From Phoronis australis (taxonomy: Eukaryota > Animalia > Phoronida), in NCBI GenBank assembly GCA_002633005.1, contig NMRA01000153.1:560580-624579 (forward strand): DNA of 64,000 nucleotides, given 5' to 3'. A program made the translations under genes and the position numbers. Below the pieces are notes generated by a model. It did no database searches. It had not been told where the DNA came from and saw only the letters and a program-made list of their open reading frames with translations. Within the stretch, counting starts at the first letter, position 1. Each line of letters opens with the position of its first letter. Positions 12,060 through 24,309 of the stretch are shown here, piece after piece.

Positions 12060-13607
12060 TTTTTATGCGCCCACATATTTATATGTGGACGCATTATGCC
12101 GTCATCTCCGTCCGTCCGTACGGGCGGCGTCCGTCCGGCGTCCGGCGTCTGGCATCCGCTGCTCTATCTCCAAAACCCTTTGACATATGTTCATGAAATT
12201 TGGCACATATGTTCCATTCATGAATGGGACGGCATGTGCGAACTTTCGGACGGATGCGACTACCGGTGTGCCCCCTAGTGGCAATTTTAGTTTTTTACGC
12301 TTACCTTTGTATCTTCAAAAGTCCTGAACGGATTTTCATGAAATTTGGTATGTAAGCACTTATTAGTGAGATGACGCTATCCTCCCGTTTTCAGATGGAT
12401 TCGACATAGTTTGCGCCACCTAGTGGCCATTTTTAGTGTTTTCGAGTCTGTTTTTGTGCGTCCACCCCTCTATCAACCAAACCGCTCAAAGGATGATTGT
12501 GAAAATTGGCATGTATATGCTTACTATGTAGAGGACGGTTGACGATGATTTTCCGACGATTTCGACTACTGTGGCGCCTCCTAGTGGCAGTTTTGTTTTT
12601 TTGCGCCTATGGCTGTATCTCCTAAACCGTTCGCAGGATCTTTACAAATTGTGTAAGTATATTTATATGATGTTAACAACGGAAGATGACGACTTTTGGT
12701 CGGATCCGACTACCGGTGTGCCCCCTAGTGGCAATTTTAGTTTTTTACGCTTACCTTTGTATCTTCAAAAGTATTGAACGGATTTTCATGAAATTTGGTA
12801 TGTAGGCACCTATTAGTGAGATGACGCTATCCTACTGTTTTCAGATGGATTCGACGTAGTTTGCGCCACCTAGTGGCCATTTTTACTGTTTTCGAGTCTG
12901 TATTTTTGCGTCCACCCCTCTATCAACCAAACCGCTCAAAGGATGATTGTGAAAATTGGCGTGTATGTGCTTACTATAAGGAAGACAGCTGACAATGATT
13001 TTCAGACGATTTGGACTACTGTGGCGCCTCCTAGTGGCAGTTTTGTTTTTTTGCGCCCATGGCTGTATCTCCCAAACCGTTTGCAGGATCTTTACTAAAT
13101 TTAGCAAGTGTATTTATGTGATGTTGACAACGGACGATGACGACTTTAGGATGATTCTGATTACCGGTATGCCTCTAGTGGCAATTTTAGTATTTGCCTC
13201 TAGTGGCAATTTTAGTATTTTACATTGACCTCTGTATTTTCATAGGTCTTCAGGTGTATACTTTGTGTTACTTCGTGACTGTGAAGGAAAAGTTCCAAGT
13301 AGAAATTTGTTTCTGGCATTCTAATGCTGTGCTAATCTCGTATGTTGGTAAATTTGTTTTTAATTCTATGTTTCTGTGGTGCTTTAAGCAACTGGTGTAT
13401 AGGATGTGCTTGTATTATGAAGATTACTCACATTTTGCCCCTAGCCTATTGAGGAGATAGTGACCATGCCTTTCCATTTTGCAAAGTACAACATACTACA
13501 TATATGCCCTCTACTGGCCACTTCATGGTACCAATAAACAACCCTAGAAGGATACCGTATGCGGTGCAATTGTGGGCGCATTTCAACGCTCTGCGTTGCT
13601 CTTGTTT
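12060..13607 (+). mobile_element. Helentron-associated non-autonomous element (HINE/DINE-1-like) with internal tandem array
   Basis: Sub-terminal IR ATGCGCCCACA (12065-12075) / TGTGGGCGCAT (13571-13581), 5' partial hairpin, GTCC-type microsatellite (~12105-12150), 3' palindrome CAACGCTCTGCGTTG then CTCTTGTT, and T-rich insertion site. Internal ~150-bp monomers form a 450-bp higher-order repeat. Confidence 0.8.
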
Positions 13608-15103
13608 CTTTTTGTGTCTTATAGCAATCATTTATCCAAGTAGGCGATTGCTATAACTAGTATTAGTAATTTTCATGCTGCACACCACTTTCGAACACCT
13701 TGATGGCCTTAACCAGGGCTCTTGGAAAGTTTTAAGACGTTTTTTCGTAGCTCTGGTCAACATCATCTTCATCACTTGTCAGTTCATTACTGACCATTTC
13801 CCTATATTCTTTTTTACCGTTGGTTCTGCACACTTTCATATAAGCTAGCCTCAATTGATACACAAAAATCTTTCAGACCCGTTGCTAGTACTTGCCATTG
13901 GTCGGTCATGTTTGTGAATGTGATCTTATAATTATAACGCTTTTTGAACATGTTCTATGATAACACACGTCTATTGTGTTCTCAGTGCACTTCATTTAGG
14001 TGACAGTGCATTTGGAGGAGGGCAGCCTTGTGTTGAAGCCACTCTTGTCCGCTCGATGGAGAGCAAGGTTGACTAAGACACCACATTCTTATTGCAGCTC
14101 CTAACTAAGTAGTTTGCCCTTCATGGTGATCCTCTGCATGCTTTCCATCACAGCTCCAACTGAAATAACTTGAAAAAAATCCTTCAAATGAGGTGTGTTC
14201 ATCACAATAAAATTGTCCCTTCTCATAAGAGCCTAAAATGCCTGTTTCATACCATAGACATCATACAAACTATGTTCAAAATTTTAAGAAAATACATCCA
14301 TGTAAAAACCACGTACTCGTTGGCATTCTCATTAACTTTCGGTACTTAAAATCTGATCACTTGTATTAAAGTAGTTATGTCAGTAAGCCCTGCAAGATAA
14401 GGCTGGTCTTTCTGGCCATTTTGGTGCTCCTCTAGGAATTTTCCAGAACAAAGCATGGCCTTTCGTCCTGGGTCGGAGTATCCTAACCGTGATCCACATG
14501 GTCTAACTGATCTTTTCGCTGTTTATTTCTTGGCACTCTGCCATGTTATTTTGTTTAGGTGGCTGAAGGTATATTGCTCTCTCTAAAAATAAAATATAAT
14601 ACATAACATATTAACGACACTTAAAGACCCATCCGCCCAGATGAGGAAAAGCAGAGTTACTTCCTTGTTTTAAAACTCTGAAAAGTGATGACACAAGCTC
14701 TATGTGGTGTGACCCACTGTCGTGTATTAAACCAGAAATGAAGGTCTTTCTGGATATTTATTATTCAACATTTAGGCTCAAAGACCAACATTTCAGTTTT
14801 ACAGCCGTGTACAGCATGACTTCTCACCATGAACAGTATAACTGTATATCAAGGGTCTCCTGTAGAAAGTCAGACTACTCGCTTGACTACAGAGACATCT
14901 TTTGAGGAACAGAACAAAACATCGTTTCGTGATGAGAAGACTACTAGTTCTCAACTCCACAGACTGTTGACATGTGGTGACTGCTCTAGTGTCATACCAA
15001 CGGATGGCAACAATATTGGAGTTGGTTTCAGCACTTTGATCCATTGTCCCGAATGCCCCCCTTCATTTCTTTCTCGTCCTGAAAATTAGCACCCGGTGCT
15101 CCA

Positions 15104-15580
15104 TTAGGGCACATTGTGCCGGTGATGGATTCCCATTTCTTTTAACTTTACGACAAGAGGAATCCCAGTGAAGAAATTGTCAGGGGTCACTTTGTAGTTG
15201 AGGGGAGGCTGACCAGGTACATTGCGGGGAAGGGTTTCGCAAAGTTGCAGAACAACATCCCTCCAACTCCAAGGGGACTTTTGTCTATTCGTGCTTGGCT
15301 GCCCTGGTATTCTTGAAAGTCGTGTACAATGCCACTTGACCCAGCTCTGGTCCACACTTTAATTCCCCATCGATGTGGTTTGCCCTTTACATATTGCTTG
15401 ATCATGCTAAACTTTCCCCTAAAAGCAATCATCAGTTCGTCAATTAAGTTTTCTTCTTCGGGAATTTGACTCAAACAATTGCGACAAAACATGTCCAGCC
15501 ACAGTGTGATTTTCCAAAGTTTGTCTTGTTTGTTGTCATCACTAACTGCATTAGAGTCCACAAAGTGGAAAGCGTTTATC
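15104..15580 (-). mobile_element. piggyBac (PGBD-like) transposase fragment, frameshifted
   Basis: FHFVD..DKLWKI..IDELMIAFRGK..KQYVKGKPHRWGIKVW..SGIVHDF, and in another frame YKVTPDNFFTGIPLVVKL. Confidence 0.9.
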
Positions 15581-15639
15581 TGCTCTGGGCCAAAACGAAT
15601 AGGTTCACCTTTTCTAGTGAGTTGGCGTAAAGGTTCCTA

Positions 15640-16495
15640 TTAACAGAGTTGAAGCCACTGGTCTCACCTTGTGCACTGACACTAAGGGATGTCGTTTGTG
15701 CTGTGACTTTCTCGCAGCTTTCTGTGATCTCCAGGGTTCACTGCAGAGTCAAGTTTTGCCCCTTCAGCAGCTTTCTCCGTAAATATTCAGATTTTGTTTT
15801 GGGCAAAATCTCGTCTCTGATGTGGTTGCCTGTGTCCTCCCTGTATTCACATTGTTTGACTGCCTGTCGAAGACCAGTTACAAATTGTAGTGTCGTTTCG
15901 CCGTCCTTTTGTATCAGTTGACGAAACGAATGCTTACTTGTGGAACGAAATACTGGGTCAGCTTTTGAACAGCCACACCGTAGTCTTTGGCGGTGCCAGT
16001 GTCCGATAAGGTCCAAAAATGTCCTGCACGTCGGGACCAGCATAGTGTAGCAATTGGGCTCAGCGCCTCTGACAATTTTTCTCATTACCTGGCTCTGTTA
16101 TCAGGCCCTTGCTGTCAGTAAATAGTTCAGGCGACTTCAACCATCTCTCCCACCGTGGACCAACAGTAGCTGGGTCGGAGAAACAGTCAAACTTTGGAAT
16201 TTGAGAGCCATCTCCTGCCATTTTTCTGGTTTATGAATTACTGTCCATAAATATCCAAAATTACCCAAAAAAGTTCCTCCTCGCCAATGTAATATTGTGA
16301 ATAACCACAGTCGAATTCAGTCATACATAATGTATTAGATATAAGAACTACATCAAAGCACATACAACAACATTCATGTCCAATGGTTAACTTACTAGCA
16401 TCTAGCAGTGGGAGTCATTATAAGGACAATCTAAGGTCATGGGTTCATATGCCACATGGCTGTCTTGGGATAAACAAACAGTAGGCCTAAAGCAC
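15640..16495 (-). mobile_element. Ty3/Gypsy remnant: 5' LTR end, PBS and degraded gag
   Basis: ...ATATTACA(16288) then TTGGCGAGGAGG (PBS-like), followed by IPKFDCFSDPATVGPRWERWL..LLHYAGPDVQDIF..FRQLIQKDGETTLQFVTGLRQAVKQCEY..IRDEIL..LRRKLL..LTL. The upper LTR boundary is approximate. Confidence 0.8.
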
Positions 16496-16689
16496 ATGTT
16501 GTAATCTGATAATGATATTTTCAGGAACATTTGCGCTTGGTGTCTTTGGTTATGCATGCCCTTTTACATGTCAGCTTCTGCGCTGTTGCAAAGACAAAAC
16601 TCTTGTCTCCGGCTCATCTTCTTGGGCTTTGTGCGTCAAGGTCATGTTCCCTATGTATGGCCAAAGGTCGGTGACAACGTTGGTGGACA

Positions 16690-17765
16690 GTTCTTAAGCG
16701 AATCACTTTTCTACTCGTCTAGCTCGGACACACCCGCAAGCCTCATTGCTGCGAGGCAAACAGCTCCGTCGGTTGTCAGGCTTAACAAGTTGTACACACT
16801 GTTCCCATTTTCCATGATGTGTTGCTTGACCGAAGGGAGACCCGTCTCATTCTTGATGTGACATAAGGTACATCTCCCTGTCTATGAAGAACCTTTGAAG
16901 AGTTCATGGTGTCCTGTAACGCCAACGGAGGTTTTTTATTTTGCGAGTGACGAGAAAAGTATGTAAAGAATCAGTCGTTGGTTACTCCAATAATGTTCTG
17001 CAATATGTGAGTTGCACTATAACTTACACTCTGTTCAAAAGTAATACAAGACATAACATAACATTATCGTGAAACACTGTTTTCTTTCTCACCTGTAAGT
17101 GAATACATCTGTGGTGCAATTCACCTGGCCATGGTTCTAACCCTTTCAGTGTTTCGTGTGCTTGGTTGTGTCCCATTCTCAAGCGACAGTCAACCATCCG
17201 CTCACAAGAAAGCGGATCTCCGTGTATAGCGATTTTGTATGGTTCACCGTTCTCGCCGTCTGGCAATGGAACTTAGGCACTCAGATGTTTCATAATGTGC
17301 AGTACGCCTTTTGCTGACGACGAATCACCCCAGTGTACTACTGAAAAAAATCAAACTAGACAACATTAAATGTTGGCAGCAGTTGTTTTGACATTAAAAA
17401 ACATCCAATCAGAATGAGTGTAATTAAAAGTAAACAAAACAATTTTGTAACTCACCACGACGCTTTTATCCAATGACTGGCCTGAAAATTCGTGGGCAAT
17501 GTGCCACGCAACTTCTCTGCCAAACCTCATCAAACGAGGTGCGTGAGTAACCAAGATCTTTGAAACATGAATAACCATGCGAATCCGTAATTCTTCGTAA
17601 TTTTCTGGTTGGAGATGAAACACATTGTAGTTGGAATAGCAGCAGCGTTTCGGTGACTACAAGGTGTTGTCGAGATACCGAAAAGACCATATTTCGTACA
17701 ATCGGAGTATTTGCGAACATGGCCGTTATGTTGGTATTTTTTTCTGTGGTTAACCTTTCCTCGGT
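16690..17765 (-). mobile_element. Academ-like transposase (DUF6589-type) remnant with introns
   Basis: LQPENYEELRIRMVIHVSKILV..HIAHEFS..KSVV|gtgag and IAIHGDPLSCERMVDCRLRM..LKGLEPWPGELHHR|gtgag resemble the GDQLTxER...LEGLxP...WH motif. Confidence 0.6.
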
Positions 17766-18274
17766 GAATCATCTTACGTGCATTGTCTCATGTGTTACTT
17801 GGAAAGGGTAAGGAAGGGGCGAGTGCCTCCCCTCATTCGAATGAAGTAACCACCAGCAACGCATTATTAACGGAAGTGGGGGCAGGGAGCGTTGTTGCGC
17901 GACGATGAAATTTGTGTCCACCCTCGAACGAAAAGTGTTGGGTGATTGATGGGGGGGGGGGGNGGTGAACTTCATGTTACCGATTAATGGGGTTGCATTG
18001 ATATTCGGTTAGCCCCCCACTAAAGTAAACTTTCTTACGCCTATGTGCTCGTAATTACGAGCGTAATTTAAATTACAGGAGTGTCGCCGTAAAATTATGC
18101 TCGAAAATTAAATGGTGAAAATTTTCCCCGTAAAATTACGCTCGTATTTGTCGAATCTCATGAAGATCGTGTAAGGGAGAAATTACATCAGGGGACGCCC
18201 AAACAGAGAAGACGGCAATATGCATACACATATAAACAGGTCAGGGCGCATAACAAAAGCTGTTCTATTGAACT

Positions 18275-19419
18275 TTATGCCTTTCCAAATCCATACGACT
18301 CATTGAGTGCACGAGACATCATCACTTTAAACTTCCACATCTCTTGGAAAATACATCTTCAGGGAACATGTTGAAAAAGGATATCTCATCACACCAGGAG
18401 TCTGGTCATAAAACTCTACAGTGATTTTCCATTCCAACCCCATTGGTGGTATATGATCTGCACCAGTCACAAAGGTGAGGAGGTCAGAAAGAGTTCCATC
18501 ACCTTTATCTGAAGACAAAAAGTGTGTTGAAAATATTGATGACTACTTATAGAGATAATTTCTGACTCGCCATTAGCTTCTGAGGCATACTTGCCTTTCA
18601 ATAGTGTACACACCCCCATATGAGCCTGTGAAACATGAACCTACCACTTGACAATTGAGGCTCAAATTTAGATCTTTCTACCCAAGCATAACAGTAAGCC
18701 AAATAGACCAGTGTTACAGAGGGAACTTTTCAATGCACATCATTGGTGCAGTTTACGACCATTTTAATAAATGTTAGTTTTAAACAAAGATCTTTTACTT
18801 AAATTAAAAATATGAATACTTGACAAAGCAAATTGTTTTCCTCTGTAGCAGATATGGTGTTGAGATTTCCCCGAATTTAAATCTAGAGCAGTCACCACGT
18901 GCTGTGTTTTCCTAACCTGAAAACCTGTCCTCTTTGCATGTACCAAATTTTACGTGATTTAACTCAGTTTTGCTGCGAAATTCCAATTTCTTTTGATGAC
19001 TGAAGGAGCACCTGGAACCAATTGGCTTATTAGCTAATAAAACTAACATAAGAAATGACATGCTAATGATAAACAAAACTTGTATTTATATAAAAGGCAT
19101 TTTGCCTTCTTTTCTCCATCCTTAAATATTCACATTCTTCATGAATAAGTAGAAAAGGTTTCATTGTATATAGTTCCTTCACAATCTCGAAGGTACACCT
19201 CAAAGGAGTAAATAGTGCCCTTTTCTTCATGAAGTTTATTACTCCCCGATTCTGACCACTGAACTTTATACAGCTCCTTGATTGCTTTCCTTGTCAAAAC
19301 CGACTGTGGATTGTAACGTAGCAGTTTCCACGAGTCTTTTGCATTTCATGAAAACATTAGACCATATACCGGAAATGGGATTCCCAATCTCCACGAATTG
19401 GTCGGAGGCCATCTTATTC
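18275..19419 (-). pseudogene. G2E3-like HECT E3 ubiquitin ligase, last two exons (decayed)
   Basis: Exon 19419-19177 reads ..ASDQFVE..ELYKVQWSESGSNKLHEEKGTIYSFEVYLRDCE with donor mutated to GA. Exon 18508-18275 reads DKGDGTLSDLLTFVTGADHIPPMG..YPFSTCSLKMYFP, then frameshifts to FKVMMSRALNESYGFGKA*. Confidence 0.8.
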
Positions 19420-20671
19420 CTGAAAAATGAATGTTTTGCAACATCGTATTTTCGCAGATATGACCTGCACTATACTGTGCTCAGTTAGGAGATTTCGGGT
19501 TATTTGAAGATTGGGTAGTTTGAGACAATTTACTACAGCTGTGCTGTCCCTAATCTAGCTCACTATTACTTTCTCATTACAACGATTTTCTTGCAATATT
19601 TGTTAACAGTTTCCTTATACAGCAATCTGGAATCCACCATGGATGTTGCTAACCAAGCTTCAAAACTGCATAACTTATGTTCACTCGAATAGGCTTCACG
19701 TGCACCCGACCTGCATTGCCAACTAGTAAAGATAAACGAAGAGTTTGAAGTGCAGTTACCATTCTGCAAGACGTCAGTGGTGTGTGCTTTTAAGGTCATG
19801 ATGCATCTTAAAAGACATATTTCTGTTACACAGCTGCATAGGCACTTGCAATGTACTTGAAGCTGGCGTTACTGTCGTCTTGGCAGCCATTGAATTTTAA
19901 GTTAACTGTTTTCATTTTATGCATATAAGCCATGTAATGCATGCCAACTTGAACCTGGCACATGCCTTTTTAAGAGCAAAAACATGACTTCAAGTGCACA
20001 CACTGACTATCAAAAAGCAAACAAGTCGTACATGCTAGATGTATGCTAGAATCAAGCTGATTACTACGTCTGTAAAAAGTTAGGCAATCACCTTAGTCAG
20101 TTCTGTGACCTCTGGAGTGACTTTCCTGTTGTCCCACTTAATGGTAGGATATGGCAGTAAAAAGTATTCGAACCTAGGCGTCCACTGTTTAATACCAGGC
20201 GCCCGACCTCTTGTCCTCAAGGTCGTCACGGACCGAAATGCGTTGAAACTGAAATGGTGCAAAAAGAAGCAGGAAGTTCCCGTAAAGAGTTATTCAGGCA
20301 GATACCCTGCCTGAAATGCCCTTCATGCCAAGAATTGTACGGTGACACATAGCTTACCTCAAAATCCAGCTCTGCCTGGTGGTTTGGTAATCGACCCCAT
20401 TATAATGTACACCCAGCAGAATTTTGAGTAACATATTATTGCATCACGTAAAGAAGCGCTTTAGGTTGTAAAAGTCGCACTTCTTGTCCAATTTTCAAAA
20501 TTCAAAAACCTCACGTGTGATTTTCACAAACTTTTCAACTGCGACATTTAAAAACTTTCAAAAAGAAAAATTAAAAATACTGTTGTCCCCCTATGTGTTT
20601 AGGTTGGGTCTCATTATTTAGAGAATGATAATGTCAGAAGCCTGAGGCGATTTAATTAACTACAACAGCGC

Positions 20672-22045
20672 CAGTGCTGTAGTGGGGCGTGGGAGCAGGT
20701 AGGCGCAGCCAACCATCTTTTTACATTAATGCATTACGACTCTTCCTTGCAGTGCAGCTGAATGTGAACGAGGATTCAGCAAAATGAATTGGATGGTCAA
20801 CAAATGATCGAAGGGCCCCTGAGGATAAACCCCATTGGCGACTATAAACGCCGCCAGCATATCGTTTCTGGGCGTTACCGCGACTATTTTCCTTTATAAT
20901 TGTGTTTTGGCCCTCTTCAGAGACCGCTTGGAATGCACGCGGACCTTTGCAATCCTATACGTGTGGTTGCGACGTCCTAGATTCCCACTGTAGACTCGAA
21001 GTAAATACCCACTCGTGAGTCAAAAATATGCCTACATGTTTGTGATATTTTGCAAATTCACTGCACTTTTAAAATTCAGTGCTGAACGTGATACGGTGGT
21101 CTTTGGGCGCCTACTTGCCTCTAATTTTATCCTACAGCAGTGTCAGACGATTGACTGTGGGTTTGTTTAAAAGGTAGCTATGCTTTGAGATTGTGCGTAG
21201 TTGGAAAGTGAACATTGTAATCCAGTAATTAATTTATTATATGATAAGCCCTAATTAGACAAGTGAAACCTGTTGTTAATTAAGTAATCAACTACAAAGA
21301 AGAATAACTACACTAGCGCCCTCTTTAAAGATTACTTCAATCAATCAACCAAAATAACCAAATGTCTTATCTGCTATCCAAGCTAGGACTCTCCAGTTGT
21401 TGGATGACCGTCCTGTTGGTGAATCTTCGAACTACACACACTGTGTAGCGACAGTGTACTTGCTGGTCACCGTCTCTGGTGATGCAACACTTGCAGGCAA
21501 TTTTCTTCTACCCGCGATTCTTTTTGCTGGTCACAGTCTCTGGCTGGTGACGCAACACTTCAGGTAGTATCTTACTACCCACGATGCAAGTGACAAGCTC
21601 TTAGTTAACTTCCTGTTCGTTAACCCTTGCCTTGCCAAGATCCTTTCTAGAATCTTCCACGAGATGGCTCTGTTGTACAATTTCCTCCGTACACTGTAGC
21701 AAGTCTTTATGCTTCAACTACATAGCGCATCTGAATTTCTTTTTGACTTAAGCCCATATTATAATATTCTACTTATTTAGTGATTAGTTAATAAAAACCA
21801 CATGATCATATCCAATCATATCATTGTCTGTTACAGTTTGTTCTCAGAATTTTCTAGAATCTCTTGAGTACTTTGACCCCAGAACCCAAAGTTGTAAACA
21901 CCATTTAAAATAGATTTTAACGTTAAAGTACATGTCAGCAAGTTTGACCCCATGATTTAAAAGTACATATGCACAAATTTTGGGGTACTTAAAATGGATC
22001 TATTCTTACTAATTACTTAATCAATATTTATTCTGACAAGCAGTG
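20672..22045 (+). mobile_element. Deleted hAT element with dimerisation-domain remnant
   Basis: TIR CAGTGCTGTAG; near-TSD AACAGCGC/AACAGCAT; LPCSAAECERGFSKMNW at ~20740-20792. Its ends are homologous to the MITE at 29765-29920. Confidence 0.8.
21141..22038. mobile_element. Solo LTR (898 bp)
   Basis: TGTCAGA...TCTGACA termini flanked by a perfect 5-bp TSD AGCAG (21136-21140 and 22039-22043). Confidence 0.8.
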
Positions 22046-24309
22046 AACAGCATAGCGTCTTTGATATAAACCGGCAGAATCTGAGGTACGCAAACCCACC
22101 GGTTGCCGGGGGTGTCAACGTGGGATTCCTTTCATGTAGAAACAGGAGAAACTCACTTTAATCATATATTTATTTAGGGACTGCTCAAATTTGAACACAC
22201 AGGTCTGCATTTAACTTGAAATACTCTTGACATGTGATATAACACAGCTGCACTGACCCAATCCTCAAGTGCTAACATGAGCTCATACATAATAGGTTTA
22301 TTAACATCTAAATATTAAACACTAGGGTGTTACACTTTCTTGGTATCCCTGAAGTCTTTCGATTCTTTTCCAACCCACTTCCGAGGGTCGACATTATTAA
22401 GTCTGTACGCAATGGAGCACTCGCGTGACAGTGAACTCAGAAAGCCCCGTGCCCATAGAACTCCCCCCCCCTGTTGCAGTTACCAGGTCTGCTAATCGAT
22501 TAGGGGCATGTTGGACCGCGTGCCTGTCTCACAAAACTTGCTGAAAAGGTGTCGCATGTCTGCATTTTTGGTACACTCCTGACTGGGCACCTTGTCAATA
22601 TGAGTGACCCCCCTGGCGGTAGACCTAACCAAGCCAAGGGCTGAAAGCCATGTCGACTGGTTGGTTTTTAGATACACTTATAGAATCGTTCAAATGTCTA
22701 ACGTACGAGCGCCTGAAAGTGGCAAGTGCAGCACTGGAGGACGCTGTCTCACTGGACTCTGGGCAGCTCGTTCTTGCAAAATCGCTGACATTGCAGCAGC
22801 GATTTGATCCGCCGTGATTCAGCGCTCGTAGACACGTAACCCGTCAAGTATTTACATGAGCGCGCGTAACAGTGAGTTGTAAAACCGAACGACATTGGCT
22901 AAGAGTTAAAACTAAATTACGCGCTTAATTTTACGCTGTAAATAAATTACGCTCGTAATTTTAGGGCGTAATTAACGGCGTAATGTACATAATTACGCTC
23001 GTATTTTTCCGGCCCCACTTTCCCTCCAACGGCCCATCATACTAAGCTGTCCCGCAACGCCGTCTTGACGGTTACGCCTATTTCCATGTCCTGTTGAGGC
23101 CTTTCGATTTTTGATAGGGTCGTTGCAGTTCATGCAACGTCTCTCCCCGTCCATGTTGATACCGAGCTGAATTGTTTCTAATGTATGTATATATTTTAAT
23201 TTGTAAGTCTGTATCATCGTGTTATCGTTGGTGTGCAAGCGCCGTGTAGTGGTTCAGTTCATTTTGTACGATATCTCAGCTAAATCTAAGTAGGAGATAC
23301 TCTCAGTACTCCGAGAGCGCTACGTACATTTTTAGGGATGCACTGGTATGCTGCCAATGCAGTACTTTATGGCGATTCGGAATGGCCAAATTCACGCTAC
23401 GTTGGTTGTCGTGCATGTAGAAAAATGGAACTGTACCAGTTCAGTTGCTTCCAGGATTTACGGTAACCATGTAGTTACAAGGGTCCAGTATGTTCGGATT
23501 ATCAGTTATTAGTTTTAAGTTGAAAGTTATGGTTATGTTACATTTGTGCTGCTCTGTAATTTACATGAATTATTATTACTCAGTTGATATGTAAATAAAT
23601 GTTTACTGTATTTAGTAAAAACAGTTTCTTTGATTTTAATTAGTCGAGCACAAAACTGCCAATACACAACACAGAGATGCTGAAAATTGTACATAAATAA
23701 TTCCCTCTCGTTTATCTAAGATACGCAACTTGTCATTGGCGGTAAAAGAATAAATATGTTATCGTTTCAGTCATTTTTTGTTCACAAAGAGCTCCAATAA
23801 GGTGCTCTGTCTGTCTGTTTTCTATATGTTGTGTATAGCTTGTAACAAAACAAGGAATCTGCGTTAATGCCTGCTGGTCAAGCGGCTTCAAAGTGACGGA
23901 CAAATTTTAACTTAAATTGTGTATTGCACATAAAAACGGCTTAGACCGAACGGAATCCGTTGACTGCGTCTCCGAAAAGATCTACTGTGGCCGCTAATAT
24001 TCCCTTCTGAAGTTTTCGATTTCGGCGTGGCCTTAGTATCACTATGTAGGACTTTTAAGCTGAGGCACCACCGCACTCCTTATAAGGCCCAAAAGTCTGC
24101 CAGAACAGACAATCCCAAAAGAGTTATTCGTGAGCTCCACCCCGACCATTAAGTAATCGTGAAATATCAAATGTGTTGACTAAATGCGGCTGTAAACCCG
24201 TGTTCTGTCCAAAACCCGAATTTTTTTTTAAACCACCCGCCGCTATGAAATTGATCTGTACATGTTCCTTGCTCTGGTAATGAGTGATAGCTGTGTTTGC
24301 AGAGAACTG

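Larger units (their letters stand above)
18040..23005. mobile_element. ~5-kb element bounded by imperfect inverted arrays of AATTACGAGCGTAATT, carrying HECT ligase exons
   Basis: The left array (18045-18150) and right array (22915-23005) share AATTACGAGCGTAATTTA..TTACAG in inverted orientation. No TSD could be read. Confidence 0.5.

Noticed and set aside
12036-13460. Several 60-90 aa ORFs
   Set aside because: They are chance frames within the tandem monomers of the HINE.
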